Below, piece by piece: positions 9,646-18,295 of a DNA stretch of 64,000 nucleotides. Numbering within the stretch: position 1 is the first letter of the stretch; each line of letters starts with the position of its first letter. Source of the DNA: Sphingomonadaceae bacterium (lineage in GTDB: Bacteria > Pseudomonadota > Alphaproteobacteria > Sphingomonadales > Sphingomonadaceae). The position numbers and the translations under genes are program-made. The notes under the pieces were generated by a model. That model did no database searches and was not told the DNA's origin. It saw only the letters and a list, made by a program, of their open reading frames with translations. The stretch is taken from assembly GCA_020850455.1 (NCBI GenBank), contig JADZEQ010000005.1, positions 96,873 through 160,872 of the forward strand, given 5' to 3'.

Positions 9646-9778
9646 GCGCCTTCCCCCATATTTGCCATGGGGTCAGCCCCCCGGCTTTGGCGCGACCCCA
9701 AATGCACGGCCCCAGTCTTGATGCAGGGTGCTTCATGCAGTGGATAGTGTCTAATGGATAAATATCAGCGATAAAAGC

Positions 9779-9829
9779 CCCCCTGCGGCAAAATCCCGCG
9801 CAAAAATTGCAGCAATTTTTTGCAGGGGG
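9779..9829. promoter_or_regulatory. Nested inverted repeat in the gdhA / ccmI-like divergent intergenic region
   Basis: Outer arms CCCCCTGC (9779-9786) / GCAGGGGG (9822-9829). Inner perfect palindrome AAAAATTGC-A-GCAATTTTT (9802-9820). Confidence 0.3.
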
Positions 9830-9893
9830 ATGTGACGGGGCGCACGGTTGCGCTGGCGTGGCGACGACAAAATGCTAACAGGCGCTAGTTTAT

Positions 9894-10865
9894 GTGGGGG
9901 AAGACTGGACCATGGCGGATGATGAAGCGGCGGATATCGTGGGCCCTGCGGCAACAACGCCATCGCCGATCGCGCGCTGGGCGCTGCTGATTCTCGCGGC
10001 GCTGATGCTGGTTGGTGCGCTTGGCTTTGCCTTGTGGCGCAGCGGCTGGATGGCGGGTGACAGCGCCACCACAAGCAGCGCCCCCAGCGGTGATTTGGCA
10101 GCGCTAGAAGCGGCGACTCGCAGCAACCCGGATGACCTTAGGGCATGGCAGCAATTGGGTGACGCGCGGTTCGATGCGCGTGATTATGGCGGGGCGGTTA
10201 TCGCCTATCGTCGGGTGACAGAATTGGCCCCGGCGGTTGCAGCCAATTGGTCGGTGCTGGGTGAATCCTTGGTACTCGCATCGACGCGTGATCCCATCCC
10301 GCCCGAAGCCTTGGCCGCGTTTAACCGCGCCATCGCGCTAGATGCAAAGGACCCGCGCGCGCGCTATTTTCTGGCGGCCAAGCGGGATATTGACGGCGAC
10401 CATGCGGGGGCGATTACCGCATGGCTGGCGCTGTTGGCTGATACGCCGCAGGGCGCGCCATGGGAAACCGACGTGCGCCGCACCATCGAACAGGTGGCAG
10501 AGCGGAACAATATCGACGTCGCATCGCGCCTAGCCGCCGTACGACAACGGGCGCTGACACCCGAAGAATTGCCGGTCGCTGCGCGCGCCATCCCCGGGCC
10601 GAGCCGCCAGCAGATGCAGGACGCATCGGCGCTGCCCAAGGGACAGCAGGACATGATGATACAGGGGATGGTCGATGGTCTGGAACAAAGGCTGGTCGCC
10701 AACCCGCAGCAGGTCGATCGCTGGATCATGCTGATGCGATCGCGGATGACGCTGGGGGAGAGCCAAAAGGCGGGGGATGCGCTGCGCCGGGCGATTGCCG
10801 CGAATCCGGCGGCCGAGCAAAGGCTGCGGGCGGAGGCGCGCCTGTTACAGGTGCCGGGGGCTTAA
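9894..10865 (+). CDS. TPR protein resembling cytochrome c biogenesis factor CcmI/CycH
   Basis: Single TM helix (WALLILAALMLVGALGFALW), TPR-like repeats (DLRAWQQLGDARFDARDYGGAVIAYRRVTELAP...) and a C-terminal MMIQGMVDGLEQRLVANPQQVDRWIMLMRS typical of CycH-type proteins. Start uncertain. Confidence 0.55.
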   Translation: MGEDWTMADDEAADIVGPAATTPSPIARWALLILAALMLVGALGFALWRSGWMAGDSATTSSAPSGDLAALEAATRSNPDDLRAWQQLGDARFDARDYGGAVIAYRRVTELAPAVAANWSVLGESLVLASTRDPIPPEALAAFNRAIALDAKDPRARYFLAAKRDIDGDHAGAITAWLALLADTPQGAPWETDVRRTIEQVAERNNIDVASRLAAVRQRALTPEELPVAARAIPGPSRQQMQDASALPKGQQDMMIQGMVDGLEQRLVANPQQVDRWIMLMRSRMTLGESQKAGDALRRAIAANPAAEQRLRAEARLLQVPGA

Positions 10866-10949
10866 AATACCCCAATGCATAGCCGCCATATCCGCTGTGA
10901 ATATGATGTAACTATTTGAAATATATTTATTTTATAAAATAGACCTCAT

Positions 10950-12248
10950 TCAGCCAACGCTGCCCAATTCGCCCGATACCAGCCGGGCGATCAGGCGGCG
11001 GACCCCGGTCAAGCGTGCGCCATGGTGGATGGCGCGGTCGCGCAAAAAGGGCAAAATCGCCCCGTCGGATTGATACATTGGCGTCAAAATGCGGCTGAGT
11101 GCCTGATAGAGGCGGACATGGTCTTGCCGCCAATATTGGTAGAGGCGGACAATGTCGCCCACCGCATCCGCCGTATCAACCGCGCGTGCCAGCGCCAACG
11201 CATCCATCAACGCCATGTTGGCGCCCTGACCCAATTGTGGACTGGTCGCATGCCATGCATCACCCAGATGGATGATGCGTCGGTGGGTTGCTGCTTTGCC
11301 GGTACGATGCCGATAGGTGGCGAGCGTCAGTGCATCAAAATCGGCCACTTGGTCGACAAAGGGCGCGGCATCGGGCCAGAGTTCGCAAAAGGCCGCGCGC
11401 CATGGTGCAATGCTGGCTGCCCTTGTTGCGGCGGCATCCTTTATCCGCACGCTCCAGAACAAGGCTGCGCCGGGATTGCCGGTTGCCGGATTGCGCCCGA
11501 TCGGCAGGATACCCGCCATTTTATGGCCAGCAAAATAGCGTTGTTCCAGCGCGTCGGGCAAAATTGTCGAACCGTCGGGCACATCGACACTGGTCCAATA
11601 GGCACCATAAGGGAGAATATGGTTCTTCCCGCGCGTCAGCGGGCCATTGGCCCCGCTCGCGTCGATCAGCAGATCAAATCGCCCGCCCGTCGTGCCATCG
11701 GCAAAGCATGGCCGGGCCGCATCGCCATCCACCGTCGCATCGCACAATATTTTATCGCATAATATGGGGATGGCTGCACTGTGCACCGCCGCGAACAGGA
11801 CATCGAACAGGCTGCTGCGGTGGATGCCGAGCGCATATTTGCCCGCCCCCAAGCCGGCATATTCCATGTCGAGCGCGCGCAGCCCATTGGCGACGTTCCA
11901 GCCAATCAGCCGGGAAACGGGGGTGGCAAGCGGGACGATTGCTTCGAGCAGGCCAAGCTTTGCCAAGACCCGTTGGCCCGTCGGCTGGATCAGCAGCCCC
12001 GAACCCACCGGGCGCGGCGCGTCAAATTGTTCAAAAATCGTGACCCTGTGCCCTGCGCGCGCCAAAAATAGCGCGGCGGCCATGCCGCCCGGCCCGCAGC
12101 CGACAATCGCGATATCCTGTGGTTGCAGCAATATAGTCCCCCCTTTGCCCGATGGGTTGCAACTGCTTAGCGGGGCATTCGCCCGCGCGCACGTCCAATT
12201 GCCCATGCCGCTGGCGGCGCGGGGGTTGGCCAAATGGCACATTACCAA
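10950..12248 (-). CDS. FAD-dependent monooxygenase (UbiH / salicylate-hydroxylase type)
   Basis: Rossmann motif IAIVGCGPGGMAAALFLARAGHRVTIFE and LGDAWHATSPQLGQGANMALMDA. The ORF-track start is probably too far upstream. TTG at 12131, preceded by AAGGGGGG, would place the GxGxxG about 10 aa from the N-terminus. Confidence 0.75.
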   Translation of the reverse strand: MVMCHLANPRAASGMGNWTCARANAPLSSCNPSGKGGTILLQPQDIAIVGCGPGGMAAALFLARAGHRVTIFEQFDAPRPVGSGLLIQPTGQRVLAKLGLLEAIVPLATPVSRLIGWNVANGLRALDMEYAGLGAGKYALGIHRSSLFDVLFAAVHSAAIPILCDKILCDATVDGDAARPCFADGTTGGRFDLLIDASGANGPLTRGKNHILPYGAYWTSVDVPDGSTILPDALEQRYFAGHKMAGILPIGRNPATGNPGAALFWSVRIKDAAATRAASIAPWRAAFCELWPDAAPFVDQVADFDALTLATYRHRTGKAATHRRIIHLGDAWHATSPQLGQGANMALMDALALARAVDTADAVGDIVRLYQYWRQDHVRLYQALSRILTPMYQSDGAILPFLRDRAIHHGARLTGVRRLIARLVSGELGSVG

Positions 12249-12330
12249 AAGTTCATTTGGGTGCGGGATGGCGCGGGCTTAGCGTCCCCGGCGTCCGCGT
12301 GATTGCGGGCGTTTTTCGTGGGAGGCGACG

Positions 12331-12492
12331 TTGGAAAAATCGCAATTTGGTGGTGCACTGGCGCTCGATGATGTGCCGCAAATCGGCGCGGTGGCGGCGC
12401 ATGGCGCGCATTATAGCCAGACGCAAGCGGGTGGGAATACGATTTTCGACGTGGTGGTCACCATCGTCGTCCTCAACCATCCGGGTAGCTGA
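12331..12492 (+). CDS. Unannotated small ORF, 53 codons (below the ORF-track cutoff)
   Basis: TTG at 12331 with GGGAGG 5 nt upstream. Translation: LEKSQFGGALALDDVPQIGAVAAHGAHYSQTQAGGNTIFDVVVTIVVLNHPGS. Third-position G+C by hand count is 34/53. It ends 5 nt before the next gene. The opposite-strand ORF (12253..12480) is Arg-rich and looks like a shadow ORF. Confidence 0.35.
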   Translation: MEKSQFGGALALDDVPQIGAVAAHGAHYSQTQAGGNTIFDVVVTIVVLNHPGS

Positions 12493-12497
12493 AGCGG

Positions 12498-13484
12498 ATG
12501 ATCATTCCGCCGTCGCTGGCGCAATATTTCGCCGATCGCGGCGGGGATGATGCGCGCGCGGCGGCGGCAGCCATGGCCATGGGCGCGTGGCGCGCGCGCG
12601 ATGATGTGCGCACCATCGACGCATTGCTGGCCCGCTGGGCACAGTGCCCGCCCCAAGACCCCGCCGCGCTACAAGCCGCGCTGGCCCCGCATATATATGA
12701 TCGGGGCTGGGTCGATGCGCTGCTGGCATCGGCGGTTGACCTGTTGCGCGCCGACCCGCTCAACGCGTTGCCCTGCACCATTTTGCCGGGGCCGTTGCTG
12801 CCGGGCCTCCTCCTCCTCAGCCATGCGGGCGTCACGATGACCTTGCATCTTGTCGATGCGATGGCGCTGACCGCGTCTGCCGAGGCAATGGAGGATGCCA
12901 ATCTGGTGTTTGACGGGGGGTTGAGCGCCATCGTCCATCTTGCGGGTGGGGCAATATCCTATCGCCGTGCCCAACTTGGTGCGGGTGATGGCGCAGATTG
13001 TTGCAACGCCAAAGTCAGCCCGCCGTTGCTGTTCTTTGCGGGCGATATAATCGCCATGGACGGTGCGCGCGATGCGATCAGCATCATCGGCGCGGCATGC
13101 GATGCCTTGATGCTGCGCATTTCGATGGGGACGCCGGCACCGGGCAGCCGCCATTTCGCCCACCGATTGTCCGATGGCGCGTGCGTGGCGCAGCTATGCG
13201 GTGATGGTGCGGCTTCGCGGCTGCTCATCCTGCTGCAATATCTGGGCGCGCGGCGTGCGGTCATCGACGATGCGGCGATGTTGCTGTTGCGGCAATATAT
13301 GGGCGATGCCGAACCGCAATTGCGTTGGGCGGCGGCGCGGATCGCCATTGCGCATGATCCATCCGCCATGCGCGGGGCGATTGCCGATATGGCGGCTGGC
13401 GATGGGGATGATGCGGTGCGCCGTGCGGCGACGGCGACCTTGCCGCTGATCGATGCCGCATTATCGGCGCGGCAGGCGGCCTGA
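12498..13484 (+). CDS. Hypothetical protein: beta-rich domain plus C-terminal HEAT/PBS-lyase-like helices, 328 aa
   Basis: ORF track. C-terminal RWAAARIAIAHDPSAMRGAIADMAAGDGDDAVRRAATATL resembles a HEAT_PBS repeat. It appears paralogous to the next gene but lacks that gene's His cluster. Confidence 0.55.
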   Translation: MIIPPSLAQYFADRGGDDARAAAAAMAMGAWRARDDVRTIDALLARWAQCPPQDPAALQAALAPHIYDRGWVDALLASAVDLLRADPLNALPCTILPGPLLPGLLLLSHAGVTMTLHLVDAMALTASAEAMEDANLVFDGGLSAIVHLAGGAISYRRAQLGAGDGADCCNAKVSPPLLFFAGDIIAMDGARDAISIIGAACDALMLRISMGTPAPGSRHFAHRLSDGACVAQLCGDGAASRLLILLQYLGARRAVIDDAAMLLLRQYMGDAEPQLRWAAARIAIAHDPSAMRGAIADMAAGDGDDAVRRAATATLPLIDAALSARQAA

Positions 13485-14394
13485 CGTGGCGCGCGAACTG
13501 GGCCATGCCGATGTGGCGGACACTGCCGATCTTGCCGAAGTTGTCGACGCCATCGACCATTATTCGGGTGATCTGGGGACCGGGGAAGGGGCGGATTTTG
13601 CCGGTCATTGGCTGGGCAAGCTATATGGCAATCAGGATTTTCTCTTTGCGCATATCCTCAACATTCTAAAAGACAGGGGGGCGGCAGAGGCGGCCCGCAA
13701 TGGTTATGGCGCGCAGGTGCTGATGCTCCATCGGCAGGCGGGGCGTTATTTCATGCGCGTCAATTTCTGGCCCGCCGCCGATGACCCGGTGCTGCTGGCC
13801 AGCGGGGCGAGCCATTATGCCTATCACGAACCGCATGACCATAATTTCAGCTTTGTCACGCTCGGCTATCATGGGCCGGGCTATCGCAGTCGCTGGTTCA
13901 CTTATGAAAATGGCGCGGTGGCGGGCTATGCGGGGGAGGATGTGGCGCTCAACCCGAGTGAAGAAGGGGGACTGACCCCGGGGCGCATCCTCCACTATCG
14001 GCGCAGCGTCGATGTCCATGAACAATTGCCCCCCGACGCGCTGTCGGTCAGCATCAATATAGTGGCGGAGGATGCGGCGACCCCGTGGCGCGACCAATAT
14101 TTTTTTGATCTGGGGGCGGAACGCATCGCCGCGCTGCCGACGATCACCCAAGGTGAAATCGCCTTGCGCATGGCGGCAATTTTGGGGGAGGATGGGCGCG
14201 ATCTGGCGCATGAATTTGCCCGCCACCACCCATCGCACCGTATGCGTTGGCAGGCGTGGCGCGCGCTGGGCGCGGCGACTGAGGGGGCCGATCGTATCGC
14301 GCTGTTTGAACGGGCGAGTGGGGATGCATCCGCGCTGGTGCGCGGTGCGGCCGGGGCGATGTTGCGGTGCATAGAGGATGCGGCAATAGTTTAG
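13453..14394 (+). CDS. Hypothetical cupin-like protein with C-terminal HEAT-like helices (probable start GTG 13486)
   Basis: His-rich core YAYHEPHDHNFSFVTLGYHGPGY ... ILHYRRSVDVHEQ. C-terminal RWQAWRALGAATEGADRIALFERASGDASALVRGAAGAML. GTG 13486 lies 1 nt after the upstream stop (TGA 13482-13484). Confidence 0.55.
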   Translation: MPHYRRGRRPDVARELGHADVADTADLAEVVDAIDHYSGDLGTGEGADFAGHWLGKLYGNQDFLFAHILNILKDRGAAEAARNGYGAQVLMLHRQAGRYFMRVNFWPAADDPVLLASGASHYAYHEPHDHNFSFVTLGYHGPGYRSRWFTYENGAVAGYAGEDVALNPSEEGGLTPGRILHYRRSVDVHEQLPPDALSVSINIVAEDAATPWRDQYFFDLGAERIAALPTITQGEIALRMAAILGEDGRDLAHEFARHHPSHRMRWQAWRALGAATEGADRIALFERASGDASALVRGAAGAMLRCIEDAAIV

Positions 14395-14403
14395 GAAACG
14401 GCG

Positions 14404-15126
14404 ATGATCGCATTGTGCATGGCGGATCTGGTGCAGGGGCGCGAACTGGCGGCGGCGCTGACGATGGCGGGACATTTGACCAAGCTGATGCCCGCTTGCC
14501 CCGTACGGATCGATGATCATTATGACGCGATTATCGCCGAATATGCCGGACGACAGGCGGGGCTGGATGCACGGGTGCGTGGCTGGCGCGCCGTCGCGGG
14601 CGGGCGGGTGCTGCTCTGCCTGCTCCGCCGTGACAGCATGGCCGCGCGGGTCTGCGCGCTCAACGCCGGGGCGGATGATGTCATCGCCACACCGCCGCGC
14701 GGATCTGCCCTAAAGGGCGCGGGCGGCGAACTGGTGGCGCGGACGGCGGCATTGCTGCGCCGGGCGGGTGGACGCGCGCATATGCTTGCTTGCGATGACC
14801 TCCACATCGATCTGGTCGCCCGTGCGGTGCGCCGCGCCGACCACCGCATCCCCATGCCGCCGCGCGAATTTGACCTGCTCGCCCGGCTGGCGCGCACGCC
14901 GGACCAGCCGGTGGCGCGGGCCGACCTCCTTAAAACCGTATGGCGGATCACTTTCGACCCCGGCACCAACCGCGTCGATGTCCATGTAGCGCGGCTGCGC
15001 CAGCGGATTGACGCGCCCTTTGCCAACCGCCCCAGCCCGCACGTCATGCTGCGCACCTGCAAGGGGGTGGGTTATGCGCTGGTCAGCCGTGCGGGGGCGG
15101 CGATTCCAGCTTTTGCGATGCAGTAA
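14404..15126 (+). CDS. OmpR/PhoB-family winged-helix regulator with degenerate (pseudo-)receiver domain
   Basis: C-terminal wHTH: LHIDLVARAVRRADHRIPMPPREFDLLARLARTPDQPVARADLLKTVWRITFDPGTNRVDVHVARLRQRI...GVGYAL. In the N-terminal receiver-like part, the acceptor region reads YDAIIAEYAG (Glu where Asp is expected), the beta4 end reads LLCLLRRDS (no Thr/Ser) and the beta5 end reads ADDVIATPP (no Lys). Confidence 0.7.
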   Translation: MIALCMADLVQGRELAAALTMAGHLTKLMPACPVRIDDHYDAIIAEYAGRQAGLDARVRGWRAVAGGRVLLCLLRRDSMAARVCALNAGADDVIATPPRGSALKGAGGELVARTAALLRRAGGRAHMLACDDLHIDLVARAVRRADHRIPMPPREFDLLARLARTPDQPVARADLLKTVWRITFDPGTNRVDVHVARLRQRIDAPFANRPSPHVMLRTCKGVGYALVSRAGAAIPAFAMQ

Positions 15127-15251
15127 AGCGCGGACGAAGGCAGCGGGATGGCGGGTGACGGGCGGGTGTTTTTCCACCATTAGTTGCTTGTGCGCGGCGC
15201 GAAATCTGGTCTATGGCCCCATGCGATCGGATTAACAAAAGGGTAGGGGCG

Positions 15252-15374
15252 ATGGCCGAGAATAAGGATTTTGAAGCGGCGGCGGCAACCTATGCGGGCT
15301 TTGTGTCCAAGGGGCGTGTCGCGGTGATCGTTGCTGCTTTGGCAGCTTTGCTCGTCATCTTTTTGATCAGCTAA
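15252..15374 (+). CDS. Small membrane protein, 40 aa (resembles the aa3-type cytochrome oxidase subunit IV-like family often found upstream of pntA)
   Basis: MAENKDFEAAAATYAGFVSKGRVAVIVAALAALLVIFLIS. One C-terminal TM helix. It ends 6 nt before the pntAA ATG. Below the ORF-track size cutoff. The family call is from memory. Confidence 0.5.
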   Translation: MAENKDFEAAAATYAGFVSKGRVAVIVAALAALLVIFLIS

Positions 15375-15380
15375 GCCAAG

Positions 15381-16511
15381 ATGGCGACACGCATCGCAGC
15401 GCTGGCTGAAAGCGCGGCCGGGGAAAATCGCGTCGCGATTAGCCCCGAAACGGTCAAGAAATATATCGCGCTGGGTGCCGAGGTTGCGGTGGAAAGCGGT
15501 GCAGGGGTGCGCGCAGGCGTTGCCGATGCCGATTATACGGCGGCGGGGGCGAGCGTTGGCAAGCGCGCCGATGTGCTGAAAGGCGCGGCCATCATCCTGT
15601 GCGTCGCACCGCCTGAGGCGAAATCGATAAAGGGTGCGGGCGAAGGGGCATGGCTGGTCGGCGCGCTCAACCCCTTTGGCGCGCGCGACACGATTGCCGA
15701 TTATGCCAAGGCCGGGCTGGAAGCGCTGGCGATGGAATGGATGCCGCGCATCACCCGCGCGCAGTCGATGGATATATTGTCGAGCCAGTCGAATCTGGCG
15801 GGTTACAAGGCGGTGTTGATGGCGGCAGACGCCTATGGCCGCGCCTTTCCCATGATGATGACGGCGGCGGGCACGATTACCGCGGCCAAGGCCTTTGTCA
15901 TGGGGGTGGGCGTTGCCGGTTTGCAGGCGATTGCCACCGCGCGGCGGCTGGGCGCGCAGGTTTCGGCAACCGATGTCCGTTCGGCGACCCGCGAACAGAT
16001 TATGTCGCTGGGTGCCAAGCCGGTTTTTGTCGAAAGCGTCGCGGGCATAGAGGGGGAGGGCGCGGGTGGTTACGCCAGCGAAATGTCCGCCGAATATCAG
16101 GCGGCGCAGGCCGAACTCGTCTCTGGCCATATTGCCAAGCAGGACATCGTCATCACCACCGCGCTGATACCGGGGCGGCCCGCGCCGCGCCTCATTTCCG
16201 ATGCGCAATTGGCAACGATGCGCGCAGGCAGCGTCATCGTCGATCTGGCGGCGGAAAGCGGCGGCAATGTCGAAGGGGTAGTGGCCGGTGAACGCGTTGT
16301 AAAACATGGCGTTACCATCATCGGCGTGAAAAATATCACCTCTTTGATGGCCGCCGACGCCTCCGCATTATTCGCGCGCAACCTGTATAATTTCCTGTCG
16401 GCTTTCTGGGACAAGGAAAAGGGTGCGCCGGTGCTCGACGATGAAATCGGCAACGCCATCCGCCTGACACAGGGCGGCAAAATTGTGCATGAACGGTTGG
16501 CAGGGGGCTGA
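15381..16511 (+). CDS. pntAA: NAD(P) transhydrogenase subunit alpha part 1
   Basis: 376 aa. Alanine dehydrogenase/PNT fold. NAD site VMGVGVAGLQAIATARRLGAQV. Followed by pntAB and pntB. Confidence 0.95.
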   Translation: MATRIAALAESAAGENRVAISPETVKKYIALGAEVAVESGAGVRAGVADADYTAAGASVGKRADVLKGAAIILCVAPPEAKSIKGAGEGAWLVGALNPFGARDTIADYAKAGLEALAMEWMPRITRAQSMDILSSQSNLAGYKAVLMAADAYGRAFPMMMTAAGTITAAKAFVMGVGVAGLQAIATARRLGAQVSATDVRSATREQIMSLGAKPVFVESVAGIEGEGAGGYASEMSAEYQAAQAELVSGHIAKQDIVITTALIPGRPAPRLISDAQLATMRAGSVIVDLAAESGGNVEGVVAGERVVKHGVTIIGVKNITSLMAADASALFARNLYNFLSAFWDKEKGAPVLDDEIGNAIRLTQGGKIVHERLAGG

Positions 16512-16514
16512 GCC

Positions 16515-16805
16515 ATGGACTTTATCTCTATCCTATCCATCTTCGTGCTGGCCTGTTTTGTCGGCTATTATGTCGTCTGGTCGGTGACGCCCGCGCTGCA
16601 CACGCCGCTGATGGCGGTCACCAACGCGATTTCGAGCGTGATTATCGTCGGCGCGCTGGTCGCCGCGACGACCGGCATGGCCAGCCATATTTCGGCGGCG
16701 CGCTGGTTGGGGCTGATTGCGGTCGTGCTCGCCAGTATCAATATTTTCGGCGGCTTTGCCGTCACCGAACGCATGCTCGCCATGTATAAGAAAAAGGATA
16801 AGTGA
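16515..16805 (+). CDS. pntAB: NAD(P) transhydrogenase subunit alpha part 2 (membrane)
   Basis: 96 aa with three hydrophobic helices and a C-terminal [10 protein letters not shown]. Confidence 0.9.
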   Translation: MDFISILSIFVLACFVGYYVVWSVTPALHTPLMAVTNAISSVIIVGALVAATTGMASHISAARWLGLIAVVLASINIFGGFAVTERMLAMYKKKDK

Positions 16806-18295
16806 CCGTGGCGAACCTTATCCTTTCGGCTGCAGGGGCACAGCATATGATGCCCCCGGCGTGGGCGCTGCTCGCTTACCTCATCGCGGGTATATTGTTT
16901 ATTTTGGCGCTGCGTGGGCTGAGCTCGCCTGCATCCTCGCGCCGGGGCAATCGCGCCGGGATGATCGGCATGTTGATCGCGGTGGCGACGACGATGCTAC
17001 TCAAGGCGCCGGTTGCGCCGGGGCAATTTTTGCCGAGCCCGACGGCGGATGATCTGGTGACGCTGGGGCAGATTGTCGCGGCGATCAGCGTCGGCGCAAT
17101 CATCGGCCTGTTTACCGCGCGGCGGATTGCGATGACCGACATGCCGCAATTGGTGGCGGCGTTCCACAGCCTCGTCGGCCTCGCCGCTGTGCTGGTGGCG
17201 GCTGCGGCCTTTCTCAGCCCCGCGGCCTTTGGCATCGTCGGCGCGGACGGGCATATTTTGCCGGTCAGCCGCGTTGAAATGGGGCTGGGCAGCGCGATTG
17301 GGGCGATTACTTTTTCAGGATCGGTCATCGCCTTTTTGAAACTGGCGGGCAAAATGTCGGGCGCGCCGATTTTGCTGCCGCTGCGCCATTTCATCAACCT
17401 TGGCACGCTCGCCGCGATATTGGGGCTGGTTGGATATTTCACGCAGGATCAGGCGCCGTGGGTGTTCTGGACCATCACCATCCTCGCCTTTGTCATCGGC
17501 TTCCTCCTCATCATCCCCATCGGCGGGGCGGACATGCCGGTCGTCGTTTCGATGCTCAACAGCTATTCGGGCTGGGCGGCGGCGGCGATGGGTTTCACGC
17601 TGCACAATAGCGCGATGATCATCACCGGGGCCTTGGTCGGCTCATCGGGTGCCATCCTCTCCTACATCATGTGCCGGGCAATGAACCGCAGCTTTATCTC
17701 GGTCATCGCGGGTGGTTTCGGTGCGGATGCAAGCGCGGGCGGCGGCGAAGCGCGCGAACAACGCCCGTGGAAGCGCGGCAGTGCGGAGGATGCGGCGTTC
17801 CTGATGCAACAGGCCGAAAGCGTCATCATCGTGCCGGGATATGGCATGGCGGTCGCGCAGGCGCAGCATGCGCTGCGCGAAATGGCGGATATGCTCAAGA
17901 AAGAGGGTGTGTCGGTCAAATATGCGATCCACCCCGTTGCGGGGCGGATGCCGGGGCATATGAATGTGCTGCTCGCCGAAGCCAACGTCCCCTATGACGA
18001 AGTGTTCGAGCTGGAGGATATCAACGCCGAATTTGCACAGGCAGACGTCGCCTTCATTATCGGGGCGAATGACGTCGTCAACCCCGCGGCAAAGACCGAC
18101 AAATCTTCCCCCATTTACGGCATGCCGGTGTTCGACGTGGACAAGGCAAAGACCGTCTTTTTCGTCAAACGCTCCATGGGCGGGGTCGGCTATGCCGGGG
18201 TTGATAATGACGTCTTTTACATGGACCAGACGATGATGCTCCTCGCCGATGCCAAGAAAATGTGTGAGGAAATCGTCAAGGCGATGGCGCATTGA
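16802..18295 (+). CDS. pntB: NAD(P) transhydrogenase subunit beta
   Basis: Multi-TM N-terminal half plus the dIII domain ([16 protein letters not shown]...[18 protein letters not shown]...[12 protein letters not shown]). Start is either GTG 16802 (GTGA overlap) or ATG 16847. Confidence 0.95.
   Translation: MTVANLILSAAGAQHMMPPAWALLAYLIAGILFILALRGLSSPASSRRGNRAGMIGMLIAVATTMLLKAPVAPGQFLPSPTADDLVTLGQIVAAISVGAIIGLFTARRIAMTDMPQLVAAFHSLVGLAAVLVAAAAFLSPAAFGIVGADGHILPVSRVEMGLGSAIGAITFSGSVIAFLKLAGKMSGAPILLPLRHFINLGTLAAILGLVGYFTQDQAPWVFWTITILAFVIGFLLIIPIGGADMPVVVSMLNSYSGWAAAAMGFTLHNSAMIITGALVGSSGAILSYIMCRAMNRSFISVIAGGFGADASAGGGEAREQRPWKRGSAEDAAFLMQQAESVIIVPGYGMAVAQAQHALREMADMLKKEGVSVKYAIHPVAGRMPGHMNVLLAEANVPYDEVFELEDINAEFAQADVAFIIGANDVVNPAAKTDKSSPIYGMPVFDVDKAKTVFFVKRSMGGVGYAGVDNDVFYMDQTMMLLADAKKMCEEIVKAMAH

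Noticed and set aside
10866-10949. AT-rich spacer as a mobile-element or integration scar
   Set aside because: No flanking direct repeats, tRNA, integrase or transposase fragment is visible. It is kept only as a low-interest observation.
9807-12132. Shared 10-mer TTGCAGCAAT at 9807-9816 (gdhA upstream palindrome) and 12123-12132, considered as a common operator
   Set aside because: The second copy overlaps the probable TTG start region of the FAD monooxygenase gene and lacks the flanking A/T arms. One chance recurrence of a 10-mer in 64 kb on two strands cannot be excluded without a genome-wide count.
15180-16307. 375-aa ORF on the minus strand
   Set aside because: It is exactly antisense to pntAA, whose identity is unambiguous. 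Its translation is Arg/Gly/His-rich low complexity, typical of shadow ORFs in high-G+C DNA.
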